A stretch of 64,000 nucleotides of DNA from a virus (taxonomy: Duplodnaviria; Caudoviricetes). The stretch covers positions 5,957 through 69,956 of the IMG/VR virus record IMGVR_UViG_3300028914_000075, one strand, 5' to 3'. Of this stretch, positions 47,668 through 57,531 are shown in pieces; position 1 is the first letter of the stretch; each line of letters starts with the position of its first letter. The position numbers were made by a program, and so were the translations under genes. Below the pieces are notes generated by a model that worked only from the letters and a program-made list of their open reading frames with translations, had not been told where the DNA came from and searched no databases.

Positions 47668-48363
47668 ATGTCTGACAAAAAGTTTAATAACAAGAAGTCC
47701 GAAGGCGTTGAAGCCTTGAAAGATAAGGTTGTGTCCGATGGAACCTTGAAGCCACAGGACCTTATTCCGAAATTCCTTGATACCTTGAAATATGACGAGG
47801 AAGCCCATTCCAAGTTCTTGAAGGACTTTCCCGAAATCCTTGAAATCCAGTCATGGGATGAATTGGATGAAGAAACGCAGTCGATGCTCGTGGACGAGCT
47901 TATTGACGCTCTCAATGGTATTGCTCCCGAAGGTTACTTCTTCGGTGCGTCCGAGGGTGACGGGGCTAGCTTTGGTTTTTGGTCGGTAGGTTCCGACGAA
48001 TCCAAGAAGCCAGAAGCCAAGAAATGCGAAGCTTCCAACACAATCAAGATGAACATCGACTACAACACGTTCATGCGTCTTTGCGACAGTGCTGCTTATT
48101 TGAGCGGTGACAAGGATTATCATGATGCCTTGTGGAATTATTACTTTGATGGCGGTGAGATTACTGTACGTGCTGACGAGTTCTTCGATAACTTGTTCCA
48201 ATATACAGATTGGAAGGATGCCGAAGAAATCTATGACGAAGTGTTGGACGACGAGTACAAGGATGACAGCAAGTTCAAGGAAGAATGCATACAGGCAGCC
48301 ATTGACGCAGGGGACCTTGATGCATACCAGCAAGACAACGGCATGTACTTGATTGTTTATTAA
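47668..48363 (+). CDS. two-module cargo protein
   Basis: Leader MSDKKFNNKKSEG; module 1 is the ALNGIAPEGYFFGASEGDGASFGFW phage domain; linker ESKKPEAKKCEA (47998). Confidence 0.75.
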   Translation: MSDKKFNNKKSEGVEALKDKVVSDGTLKPQDLIPKFLDTLKYDEEAHSKFLKDFPEILEIQSWDELDEETQSMLVDELIDALNGIAPEGYFFGASEGDGASFGFWSVGSDESKKPEAKKCEASNTIKMNIDYNTFMRLCDSAAYLSGDKDYHDALWNYYFDGGEITVRADEFFDNLFQYTDWKDAEEIYDEVLDDEYKDDSKFKEECIQAAIDAGDLDAYQQDNGMYLIVY

Positions 48364-48384
48364 ATACAGTAAGGAACAGAGATT

Positions 48385-49101
48385 ATGCTTGAACCCGATG
48401 ACCAGAAAGTTTATTTTACGTCCGATGACCTGTCGGAACTTTATCCCGAAGCCGAAGACCCGATGGATGCTGCTCTTAATGTCCTTGAAGGCGAGCAGTC
48501 TTTTATCGTAGTGGATGGCAAGGAATTGCCTTTGGGCTACGATGCTGAAAAGGACGCTATCATTATTGAAGACTACGAGGCATCCCCCGAAATTGTCCGA
48601 AAGGCTCGCCAACTTATGCAGTTGTTCGTGGATAACGAACTGTTCACTACCCGTGATATTGAAGGGCAGAATGGGTATATGCCTGATGGCGACTATCCGT
48701 ATTCCGTGAATGTGGCAGACGGACAGTCGTATAGCGTTGTGTCCTATTATCCATCCGAAGAAATGATTTACCCGACTGAAGTTAGTATTTGGTCGGGCAG
48801 TGGCTATACCACGAATGACATCTATGTGGACGTGGATGCCGACAATGCCCAGGGTGCTCTTGAAGTAGCCGTGGCTGTTGCGGACAAGCGTGGGTGGACA
48901 GCTATTTTGTTAGACCCTGCCGAAGTTGAACAGGATATGGCAAATGACGGTCATTACAATATGGAAACGGGCGAGGGCGATAGAGTTTTTGATGAAACTT
49001 ATCTGTATGTGGACGCAACTATGGAAGGTGCTTCACAGCCGTATTATGTGTATGCAGAGAACCTGAGTGTTCGCCCGAATGAGTATTTGAAAATTAAATA
49101 G
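48385..49101 (+). CDS. two-module acidic protein
   Basis: N-module is paralogous to a module of 43921-45873 (VLEG.QSF...ELPLGYD); C-module ends YVDATMEGASQPYYV. Confidence 0.7.
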   Translation: MLEPDDQKVYFTSDDLSELYPEAEDPMDAALNVLEGEQSFIVVDGKELPLGYDAEKDAIIIEDYEASPEIVRKARQLMQLFVDNELFTTRDIEGQNGYMPDGDYPYSVNVADGQSYSVVSYYPSEEMIYPTEVSIWSGSGYTTNDIYVDVDADNAQGALEVAVAVADKRGWTAILLDPAEVEQDMANDGHYNMETGEGDRVFDETYLYVDATMEGASQPYYVYAENLSVRPNEYLKIK

Positions 49102-49123
49102 GAATAATACAGGAGAATTTACG

Positions 49124-49600
49124 ATGACTTTGAAAATCAATACCCGTAAGTTTGAAGGCAAAGTATCCAGTGCTACGCAGCGTGTACAGTTCCGTAGTAA
49201 TGGCGTTCATGAAAGTTACAAGGATTATGACGCCATAACCAATTTCCTTGAAGCCATACTTGACGGTGCCAATACTATGTTTACACGGGTCTATACTTCC
49301 GATAATGGCCCCGGTGAGATTTGTATAGAAATCGAAGGTTGGGATTCTACGGATGGTGACTGTATTATGTCTATCGTGTTTGACGAACAGGAAAGTTTTG
49401 AAGACACTATAGGTGAAATTGCTAATGAACTTGAAGACTATGCAAGTGATTTTGACCCAGAAGAAGAAGCAAACAAGTATATGAATGCTAATGTTCCGGG
49501 AACACCGTCTTTGCGTAAGCTGTTAAAGGCTATGGATGAACGAAAGGCGGACATGGTTGCTTTGGCGGATGCCGTTAGGGCAGCGTATAACAAGATGTAA
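49124..49600 (+). CDS. putative cargo protein
   Basis: Leader MTLKINTRKFEG...VHES. Confidence 0.7.
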   Translation: MTLKINTRKFEGKVSSATQRVQFRSNGVHESYKDYDAITNFLEAILDGANTMFTRVYTSDNGPGEICIEIEGWDSTDGDCIMSIVFDEQESFEDTIGEIANELEDYASDFDPEEEANKYMNANVPGTPSLRKLLKAMDERKADMVALADAVRAAYNKM

Positions 49601-49822
49601 TTAACGATAACTGCAAGAAATCCCATCTATCTTTAGTGGGTGAGATGAATTGCCAGAAAGAATAAGGTATATTATGTACAACAATACGGTTGGAACGACC
49701 GGAATTTATGCCGAGGGAGATATGGTATGCAATAGCGTAGCAGCTCCGGAATCCTGCAAGCCTATGATGTGTGAAACCCACACGTCTTCAGCGTGTGGGG
49801 AGTTCATAAACAGGGGAAGAGT

Positions 49823-51643
49823 ATGTCTTTGAAAATCAAAACACATAAGTTTGAAAGCCGTGTAGCTCCCGCTGCACAGCGTCGTCCGTTTGGTCGTAAG
49901 GCTGAATCCCGGAAGAATGAAGAAGCCGAAATCAAGGACAAGCAGTATTACCTTGATATGTTTGATAAAGCGTATAAGGAATGCGTCCAACTAGACATTG
50001 ACAATGGCGGTAATGGCGAGGGTTGGGCAGATTACTTTACCGACACAAAGAATTATGGGGATTTCACTCAAAAAGAAGCCGACGAAATTGTTGGTTATTA
50101 TATGGAGTTCCACCCCGAAGCCGATGAGGAACCCGATAGACCTTACAAGGATTGGTTGGATAATACGAGGGGTCTTGTTCTTACCCCGTTGGACAAGGAA
50201 ATCACCCGTATCTTGAAAGCCCTGTATGCTGCCGACGAATCCAAAAATTCCGAAGCCACGAGTTTCGGTGCTGGCATGTCCAAGCGTACGGATTTTTCCA
50301 AGATGCGTAATCTCGGTGACATCCTAGACGCACTTGAAGAACATCGCAAGCTCATGGAAAGCAAGGCAACCGACCTGTCCAAGAGCAAGGAAGATTTGAA
50401 GGCTTCTATCAAGGCTCTCAATGAATTTTCCGAACATGTCCTGTTCTTGAAGCAGCAGTCAGTCAAGGGTATCAAGGACGCCATTGCGTTCAACAAGTCT
50501 CCCGAAGTCAAGGCCGCCGCCGATGTAGAGAAGCATTTGAAGGATGCCCTCAAGATTCTTTATTCCGACTACGAGAATATCCCAGACGTTACACAGTTGC
50601 TGACAGTTATTGACAGCCGTTATGCCACCCGTGGCGACAAAGTTGTTGTATCGTGGGTAGATAATGCCGACCGTGCTATCGAAGTGGATTCCAAGACAAT
50701 CAAGGACAGCATCGCTGCCGGGGACATCTCCGAAGATGATGTCGTCAAGCTTGTGACCGTAACGTCCGTAACGCACGGTGTCAAGAACAAGGACACTGTT
50801 GAAAAATTGACACCCGTTCTTGAACGCATGAATGCCCTGCTTATGACTGCTCCGAAGATTGAAGAAGCTGTCATCGACCCGAAGGAATTTAAGGAACTGC
50901 GTGACCTCGTGGAACAGATTGTGAAGGAAGCGTCCACCCCGAAGGACACTATCAAGACCACAATCACTACGCTTTCCAAGGGAGATATCGACAAGATTCG
51001 TAAGGAATCCTTCGTATCCGAAGGTCTTCTTGACAAGCTCAAGGAACTTGTTTCCACTCTCAAGGACAAGATTTCTTCCTTGTGGAACTCCTTTACTTCC
51101 CTGTTCTTTAGTTTGGAAGATGAAGCGCTAGAATCTGCTGATACCTTCGCTGAAGTCGAGGAAACCTTTGCCATCATGGGTATCGTGGTCGAATCCTATG
51201 TGGCGAAGCGTATTCCGCTGGGTAAGCAGTTCGAAGTCCTTACTAAATCCGTCCTTCATTGTTGTGACAGGCTTGTTAAGGATACATCCCTTGCAGGCGA
51301 GTTCGACGACGAAGTTATCTACACAGAAGAAGCCGTCAAGAATGCCGTTGAATCGTTCCATGCTTTCGGAGAGGCCTGCAAGACCTTGAAGAACGCCCTG
51401 TCCTACCACAAGAACGAAGACAACATGAATGTCATCGGTATTCTTGCGGACGCCATTACCCAGATTGTAAATGATGACAATGGCGGTTCGGTTGAGGGTG
51501 ATTCCGACTCCGAAGAAGACGAAGATTCTGTAATTAACCGTGTCGAACGGGAATACAGCCCCGAGGGTGGCGAGGAAGGTGAAGAAGGCGGAGCCGAACT
51601 TTCGGGACAAGAAACTGAAGAAGAACCAAATACAATCGGTTAA
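49823..51643 (+). CDS. large multi-module putative internal head protein
   Basis: Leader MSLKIKTHKFES...AESRKNEE; linker ESKNSEA (50237); coiled-coil core; acidic tail. Confidence 0.75.
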   Translation: MSLKIKTHKFESRVAPAAQRRPFGRKAESRKNEEAEIKDKQYYLDMFDKAYKECVQLDIDNGGNGEGWADYFTDTKNYGDFTQKEADEIVGYYMEFHPEADEEPDRPYKDWLDNTRGLVLTPLDKEITRILKALYAADESKNSEATSFGAGMSKRTDFSKMRNLGDILDALEEHRKLMESKATDLSKSKEDLKASIKALNEFSEHVLFLKQQSVKGIKDAIAFNKSPEVKAAADVEKHLKDALKILYSDYENIPDVTQLLTVIDSRYATRGDKVVVSWVDNADRAIEVDSKTIKDSIAAGDISEDDVVKLVTVTSVTHGVKNKDTVEKLTPVLERMNALLMTAPKIEEAVIDPKEFKELRDLVEQIVKEASTPKDTIKTTITTLSKGDIDKIRKESFVSEGLLDKLKELVSTLKDKISSLWNSFTSLFFSLEDEALESADTFAEVEETFAIMGIVVESYVAKRIPLGKQFEVLTKSVLHCCDRLVKDTSLAGEFDDEVIYTEEAVKNAVESFHAFGEACKTLKNALSYHKNEDNMNVIGILADAITQIVNDDNGGSVEGDSDSEEDEDSVINRVEREYSPEGGEEGEEGGAELSGQETEEEPNTIG

Positions 51644-51666
51644 TAGTTTTTCCATAGGAAACTTGC

Positions 51667-51693
51667 AAGTTGCCGAGAATACCTCGGCAACTT
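51667..51693. terminator. perfect hairpin/terminator
   Basis: AAGTTGCCGAG-aatac-CTCGGCAACTT. Confidence 0.7.
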
Positions 51694-51756
51694 TCATTTT
51701 GTTGCCATGGTGCTATATTGTACATGACAGCCACGGCATACAGAAAGGAACAATGT

Positions 51757-51921
51757 ATGACGTTAAGTGAAAAAACAAAAGAACTCTATGATTCGTTGAA
51801 GCAGGAGTGCGCCGAGAAGAACTTGAACCTTGCCTGGGAAGTACACAAGGCATTGAAGAAGTTCCGCAGCGAGCATCCCGACCTTGACGAGCAGTGGTCT
51901 CTTGAAGCCTTGAAGTGCTGA
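51757..51921 (+). CDS. 54-aa helical protein
   Basis: AAAGGAA RBS; MTLSEKTKELYDSLKQEC...; TATATT box upstream. Confidence 0.6.
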   Translation: MTLSEKTKELYDSLKQECAEKNLNLAWEVHKALKKFRSEHPDLDEQWSLEALKC

Positions 51922-51942
51922 CCGAAATTGACAGATACTTTA

Positions 51943-52001
51943 TAGGTATTTTGTTATATTTATTAGGTATCTTGTTATATTACTAGGTAATTTGTTATAT
52001 T
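51943..52001 (+). repeat. three tandem copies of an 18-nt promoter/operator motif
   Basis: TAGGTATTTTGTTATATT (51943), TAGGTATCTTGTTATATT (51964), TAGGTAATTTGTTATATT (51984); period 20-21 nt. Confidence 0.9.
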
Positions 52002-52114
52002 TATTTTGTATAAAATAAATCTTTGTTCATTAAACCAAAATTCTGTGGTAATGCTCCGCAGAATTTTTATTATTTTTAAAATGTTGCAACAAAAATTAAA
52101 GGAGTATTCCTAAA

Positions 52115-53284
52115 ATGAATTTTACCGAAAATGCAAAGACTAAATTTTGGGCAGACCTGCACGCAGGAATCAAGTCCACGTTCGGTCATTCTATCGGTGA
52201 GGCTTTCCACCTTGACCAGTACAAGAGTGGTCGCTTTACGTTCACCGAATCTGTCACGGGCGGACCGGGCGCTGTCACACAGCTTATGGACAGCTTGAAG
52301 GCATCGTCCCCTGTCATCGAGTCCGTTCGTATGACACCAATTTCTAACGGTTACAATGCCACGTACAATGTATCCGTAGAGTTCGACCCCATGAAGGCCG
52401 AAGCCGTTTACAGTGACGGGAAGAACAGCGTCAAGTCGTTCGAGAAGGACGGCAAGACCTATATCGTCGATGACGACGGTTCCGCCATGGAAGTCGATGA
52501 CGCAGACAAGTTTATGGATTCGTTAAACAAGACTACGGGTTCTAGTTTCAAGAAGAAGGAAAACGCCGATGAAGTCGATATGGACGGATTCCCTATTGAA
52601 CTTGATTCAGTAATTGCACTTGCCAATGAAGCCCTTGACGGTACGGGTGTCACTATTTCCAAGGAAGACGGGAAGCTTGTTGTTCGGGGCAATTCCGAAC
52701 TTGTGAAACCTACACAGCAATATCTCCCTGCACCGAGCTATGATATGGAAGTCATGGACGGGGGCTATGACGACGATACGGGGGACCTCGTAGTGTCTGT
52801 TCCAGACTACCCGTCCGATGCCGAGCTTGAACAGCTTCGTTCCTTCCTTATTGATGCCGTGAACTACGTCATTGACAACACGCTTTCTAAGGCCGACACT
52901 TGCAGTGACGATGAATGGTGTGACGCCATGGAGAAGGCCGAGCCGTGCGAGTCTTACGCACGTAAGTACGGCTATCTTGGCGAATCGTTTGTCGGTAGCG
53001 ACAAGCAGAAAGTCGCTGTATTGGTGAAATCCTTGTTGCAGGAAAACCGTATCGAGGAAGCCAAGGCTGTAGCCACTAAGCATATGGGTGCGGAAATGGC
53101 CGAAGGATTTACCCGTAAGTATGCACCGGAAAAGGTTGAGGAAAAGCACTCGGCTGTCATTACCGACGAGATGGCATTGCTTGACAGGATGCATGAATCC
53201 GCCATGAACCGTGCTCCCGAAAAGGCCGTAGAGATGGATTCTCTCGTAGCCAAGAATTTGTTCAATAAGAAGGAGAATGTCTGA
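52115..53284 (+). CDS. acidic virion/prohead-associated protein
   Basis: 389 aa directly before the sheath gene; many x-x-E-S sites; AAAGGAG RBS. Confidence 0.6.
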   Translation: MNFTENAKTKFWADLHAGIKSTFGHSIGEAFHLDQYKSGRFTFTESVTGGPGAVTQLMDSLKASSPVIESVRMTPISNGYNATYNVSVEFDPMKAEAVYSDGKNSVKSFEKDGKTYIVDDDGSAMEVDDADKFMDSLNKTTGSSFKKKENADEVDMDGFPIELDSVIALANEALDGTGVTISKEDGKLVVRGNSELVKPTQQYLPAPSYDMEVMDGGYDDDTGDLVVSVPDYPSDAELEQLRSFLIDAVNYVIDNTLSKADTCSDDEWCDAMEKAEPCESYARKYGYLGESFVGSDKQKVAVLVKSLLQENRIEEAKAVATKHMGAEMAEGFTRKYAPEKVEEKHSAVITDEMALLDRMHESAMNRAPEKAVEMDSLVAKNLFNKKENV

Positions 53285-55617
53285 TGCCTATTAACGATTC
53301 CGCAGGTTTAGGTGTTTACCTTATAGACAAGTCGCAGCGTGCGGCAACTGCCATCGGTTTCCGTTCGGCAGGCGCCATCGAGTCCGACCGTGGTCTGTGC
53401 GGCAAGCCTACCCTTATTACTAGCGACGACGACTATGTGAAAGTGTTTGGTTCACCGAGTATGGAACGTCATGGTCTCGCTGCCATGGAAGCTTACATGC
53501 TCGCCCAGCGCAAGGTCCCGCAGGTCCTTATTAGAGCCAAGAAGCCGACAATGGGTCCGGGTGCACAGCCGTTCGGTGTCATGTCCTTCACTGTCGATAA
53601 GAACGAGGGGCTTAAACTCAATACTGCCGACAAGGCTAACGCCATTGTAGCCCCCGCAGAAGACAGTAGCACGGTCTATCTGTACTTCAAGGGTGAAGGC
53701 ACGTATTGCTCGTCCAAGGTCAGTGCAGCCAACAATGAAAAGCCCAACATTGTATTACGAATGTGCAAGCCGTCTACGCAGTCGGCCTACGCCAAGGAAG
53801 GCAGGTGCTTGCAGTTGCAGGTGTTTGACTTTGAGGGTCATGACCACATTGATGAAGATACTCCCGCCGAGCTTGCGTTTAATCCGGCGGTGTCCTCCGT
53901 CATCAATGAGAGTGGCGAACTGTATTTGAAAGGCTATAACCTTCAAAACGGGTCGGGTAGCACTGTTCCTGGTGTTGGCAAGGTCAATATTACCGCATTC
54001 GTCAATGGCCGTGTGGCTGCCTTGCCGGAGTTCAATTACAGTGACTTGAAAGCGGATACAGTAGATTCCGAAGGTGATACGGTTCACCACTATAATGGAA
54101 TGTTTGACCGTTTCATCGACGCAATCCTGTCCGCACGTACGAGCGACGGTGAACCTGTCATCGACAAGGATTGGACAGATGGCGTGGGTATGGTTTATAA
54201 CCCCGGTGACGGAAGTGGCATTGACACCCTTACTCCGGGATGCTATTACCTTGATGCCCGCAAGGAAGATGAACATGGGAACCTTTCACGTCAGATGCTC
54301 AACTGTTTCGAGCTTTCTATCACATTGACGGCATCCGTGACGCTCCCTGTATCCGAAAAGAGTCCGAGCGACCCGGAATACCGTAGGCTGACTCGTGGGT
54401 TCTATGGATTCCCGTGCGGCAATGTTACCATTACGGGTAACTCCACTGACGGCTACTTTGCCAAGTTCAGCATCACCACGCAGTTGTATCTCACGAACCG
54501 TAACGAGTACATGTACTTGGGTCCGCAGAACTCCTACTGGGCATCCTATTGGAACGCCTACTGCAAGGAGACTTACATCCTTAGTCTGTCGTTCGATGAT
54601 TTCGATGCGAACTATTTCACCATGCAGGCCGATGCGGTCCTTAACAGTTCTAAGTATATCGTGGCTAAGTCTAGCGATACGTTCGACGACTACACGCTTG
54701 ACTATGAAAATGACCCGATTACGAACAAGCTGCATTACTACGATGCCGATGATATCGAATCGAACGATATCGTGGTTCAGAACAAGTCGTATGCTTATTC
54801 GCAGGCATTGCAGGTGTTGTTGACGGATAACCTCACGGGATGGCGCTGTCTTGCCACGCCGAACCTTGGTGACGTGATGAACCCCGCCGATTACGTTGCA
54901 GCCATTACGGCTTCCAACCAGTCTACGTTCGGTATCTCCAATATTGGTCGTCCCGCTTCCGTGGACGTGTTCGGAAATCTTACGGGTCGTCATGGAAACC
55001 GCTTCATTGCGGACTACTGCCAGTATGCTTATCGCACTCTTGCAGGCAAGCGTACAGCCGTCACCATGGCATGTCTCGTGGCCGACTTGCTCAACAGTCA
55101 TTACAACGAAGGTATCGAGGCTCGTCCTCCGTTCGGTCCTAACTACGGTCAGATTGCATGCACGGCTCTGTCACAGCAGTTCAGTGGCCCGGAACGCAGC
55201 GTGCTCGCTACGCAGTACAAGATTAACCCGGTTATCGAAGATGGCGGTTTCTTCCTTTGGAAGGAATGTACGTCGCAGATTACCGAAACGTCCTTGTCGG
55301 ACATTCACTGCATCATCTCGTTCTTGTGGATTAAGTTCGCAATCTATGACGCCATGAAGTCATTCGTGGCCGAATATAACGACCAGTCCACAGTGAACCG
55401 TGGCTTGAAAGTCTTGAAGGACTTGAACCGTTACTTCATCGACCGTAACTATATCGAGGAAGGTATCCCCAACGCCGACAAGAACGTTATCGGCGACAAG
55501 GTGCTTCGTTTTGATTACAGTGTCCGTTTCAAGGGTGTCGCAGATTTCGTGGATGTCTATATCACGGCTTACAGTCAGACGCAGACCCTTGCGGTCAGTC
55601 TCGCAGAGGAGGGCTAG
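53284..55617 (+). CDS. gp18: tail sheath protein (gp18-like)
   Basis: N-terminal GVYLIDKS...AIESDRG...P.LIT...YVKVFG; C-terminal ARPPFGPNYG, YKINPVI, SLSDIH, FVAEYND. Confidence 0.9.
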   Translation: MPINDSAGLGVYLIDKSQRAATAIGFRSAGAIESDRGLCGKPTLITSDDDYVKVFGSPSMERHGLAAMEAYMLAQRKVPQVLIRAKKPTMGPGAQPFGVMSFTVDKNEGLKLNTADKANAIVAPAEDSSTVYLYFKGEGTYCSSKVSAANNEKPNIVLRMCKPSTQSAYAKEGRCLQLQVFDFEGHDHIDEDTPAELAFNPAVSSVINESGELYLKGYNLQNGSGSTVPGVGKVNITAFVNGRVAALPEFNYSDLKADTVDSEGDTVHHYNGMFDRFIDAILSARTSDGEPVIDKDWTDGVGMVYNPGDGSGIDTLTPGCYYLDARKEDEHGNLSRQMLNCFELSITLTASVTLPVSEKSPSDPEYRRLTRGFYGFPCGNVTITGNSTDGYFAKFSITTQLYLTNRNEYMYLGPQNSYWASYWNAYCKETYILSLSFDDFDANYFTMQADAVLNSSKYIVAKSSDTFDDYTLDYENDPITNKLHYYDADDIESNDIVVQNKSYAYSQALQVLLTDNLTGWRCLATPNLGDVMNPADYVAAITASNQSTFGISNIGRPASVDVFGNLTGRHGNRFIADYCQYAYRTLAGKRTAVTMACLVADLLNSHYNEGIEARPPFGPNYGQIACTALSQQFSGPERSVLATQYKINPVIEDGGFFLWKECTSQITETSLSDIHCIISFLWIKFAIYDAMKSFVAEYNDQSTVNRGLKVLKDLNRYFIDRNYIEEGIPNADKNVIGDKVLRFDYSVRFKGVADFVDVYITAYSQTQTLAVSLAEEG

Positions 55618-55620
55618 TCT

Positions 55621-56214
55621 ATGCCACAGAACATCAAGATTGGCGAAATGCTCGGTAAGGATTTCAAGGAATACAACTACATGGTTTCGACCAACTGGCG
55701 TATCCATCTAGAGGACAGCCCCGAGTTTCGGCAGCTTCTAGATGACCAGTCCGATGGACACCCGTCTGTGATTCAGCAGTTGTCCTTCGCCTGCCATTCG
55801 GACTTCCAGTTCGAAGCGTCCATAGAATATGCCGAGGCTGAAATAAAGGGTATTCACATATCGCAGGCTGCTTGGCAGGACCGTTACATTGAATCCTTGC
55901 CGTTGGATGTCTACGAAAACATGGACCACCGTGTTTTCAAGGCGCTCATGGCGGCGGCCAACAAGACTGCGGGCTATTTTAACCACCGTAACATCAACGA
56001 GAAGTCGGCCTATACGTTCAGCGGTATCCGCTTGGAAGCTCTCGGTAATTCTACCACGGATGGTGAAGTTGCCCCGACGCTTATTTACTATCTCGAAGGT
56101 GTGCAGATAGTCACCGTGCAGTCCCCTAACTACACGTCTACCGATGCTGAAATCGGTTCCGTGCAGCTTGAACTCAAGGCGCATGGATGGACCCACAGCG
56201 GAGAAACTACCTAA
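55621..56214 (+). CDS. gp19: tail tube protein (gp19-like)
   Basis: 197 aa directly after the sheath gene; tube-like beta pattern. Confidence 0.75.
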   Translation: MPQNIKIGEMLGKDFKEYNYMVSTNWRIHLEDSPEFRQLLDDQSDGHPSVIQQLSFACHSDFQFEASIEYAEAEIKGIHISQAAWQDRYIESLPLDVYENMDHRVFKALMAAANKTAGYFNHRNINEKSAYTFSGIRLEALGNSTTDGEVAPTLIYYLEGVQIVTVQSPNYTSTDAEIGSVQLELKAHGWTHSGETT

Positions 56215-56237
56215 GCTCTTTTATTGTGTCCCCTCGT

Positions 56238-56269
56238 ATCCCGTCTGTCTAGTGCAGGCGGGATTTTTT
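56238..56269 (+). terminator. rho-independent terminator
   Basis: ATCCCGTCTG-loop-CAGGCGGGAT followed by a T run. Confidence 0.8.
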
Positions 56270-56338
56270 GTTGGCTCCCTATATGTTTATAGGCAGCTGG
56301 TTTGTCCGAATTTCTTAGAAAATATCTATATTTCAAGC

Positions 56339-56785
56339 ATGGCATTTGATGAAAGAAAAGGTCTGACGATACGTTCGGCGATAGACACTACGTACCTGGA
56401 TACGTCCCACTTCGATGTGGAATGCTCGTTTCCGAAGCCTGCCTTCGAGGACTTGGACAAGCTGACCATCTCGGACGTGGATGGCCTGCGTCCGTTCATT
56501 ATGGACGGAGGGCAGCTAAAGACACAGGAAATAACCGTAAGTGCTCATGTGTCCAACAGGCAGGAACTCTTGCTACGGACTCTTTACACGTTAACTGTGC
56601 ATCCGGGCTATATAGACTTGAGATATCCCGTCATAGTGACATGGGGCCACAAGGACAACCCCGTGCAGTTGCAGTGCTACCTTTCCAACTACGTACCGCC
56701 CGATTCTGTGAACTATAAGGATGCGGAGATACTTAGTGTAAAGCTCACCTTGCGGGCAATCGAACTACAACCGAGGAGACAATAA
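56339..56785 (+). CDS. tube-initiator-like protein (gp54/gp48-like)
   Basis: ATG 56339 (MAFDERK); tube-fold-like pattern; position. Confidence 0.5.
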   Translation: MAFDERKGLTIRSAIDTTYLDTSHFDVECSFPKPAFEDLDKLTISDVDGLRPFIMDGGQLKTQEITVSAHVSNRQELLLRTLYTLTVHPGYIDLRYPVIVTWGHKDNPVQLQCYLSNYVPPDSVNYKDAEILSVKLTLRAIELQPRRQ

Positions 56786-57531
56786 TGCTCATACCTGTAA
56801 AATCGCTTCCGTCCAATTTCAAGCCCTATAAGTTCAAGCACTTCAACATGAAGGCCATGAGCTTGCAGCAGGCTATAGACTTGGGCAAGAACCCTACGCT
56901 TAAAGACATCACAAAGCTGTTGCAGATTCTGGTAGGTGACGAGATTGACGCCAGCGCCCTTGTTCCCGTAGACGTACGGTACTTGTTAGCCATGCTATCG
57001 TTCCATGCCTATCCAAAGCAGTCGTGGACACTTGAACTGACCTGCCCGCATTGCAAGGACAAGCACAAGCGCTCCATCACCATGCAGGATTTCCCGCCTG
57101 TTCCGAGTCTTACTGACGATGACCCGTATCCTCTTACGATTGACGACGGGAAACATGTATGGGAACTTGGTTATCCGTCCGTAGAGGCGTGGGATGATAT
57201 GGTTAGCAAGCTTGGCATGTCCCGCAATACGGATATCTCGGAGTTGAACCCTGCCACGTTTGTGGACCTGGTTACTCCGTATATTCTCAAGGTTGACGGG
57301 ACGGCTGAAAATATTCGCGAGAAGGTCCTTGAAATTGACGATTTCGGTGTATTGAACGTGATGCTTGAAGCTATCAAGGCATATTTCCTTGACGATACGG
57401 AAGCCGAGTTTGAATGTCCCAAGTGCAAGAAGAAGTACAGTGTAGCGTTGAGTGCCCTGGAGGTCACTCAATATACGCCGTTTCTTGACAAGGCAGCGAC
57501 TAGCAGATATAAGGTTAATTTTAGGCTTTGA
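56785..57531 (+). CDS. baseplate hub assembly protein (gp26-like)
   Basis: LPS...PY; D.RYLL..L....Y; CPHC and CPKC Zn motifs; position before the tape measure gene. Confidence 0.75.
   Translation: MLIPVKSLPSNFKPYKFKHFNMKAMSLQQAIDLGKNPTLKDITKLLQILVGDEIDASALVPVDVRYLLAMLSFHAYPKQSWTLELTCPHCKDKHKRSITMQDFPPVPSLTDDDPYPLTIDDGKHVWELGYPSVEAWDDMVSKLGMSRNTDISELNPATFVDLVTPYILKVDGTAENIREKVLEIDDFGVLNVMLEAIKAYFLDDTEAEFECPKCKKKYSVALSALEVTQYTPFLDKAATSRYKVNFRL

Noticed and set aside
49674-49832. Cys-rich 52-aa peptide as a RiPP precursor
   Set aside because: Weak RBS, overlaps the next gene's start, and no modifying enzymes are nearby; cannot be supported.
43921-50260. CRISPR-like or DGR explanation for the GAATCCAAGAAGTCCGAAG repeats
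   Set aside because: The repeats are in-frame coding linkers hundreds of nt apart; no reverse transcriptase or adenine-specific TR/VR pair is seen.
51943-52001. Mini CRISPR array
   Set aside because: Repeats are 18 nt with only 2-3 nt between them, contain a -10 box, and there are no spacers or cas genes.
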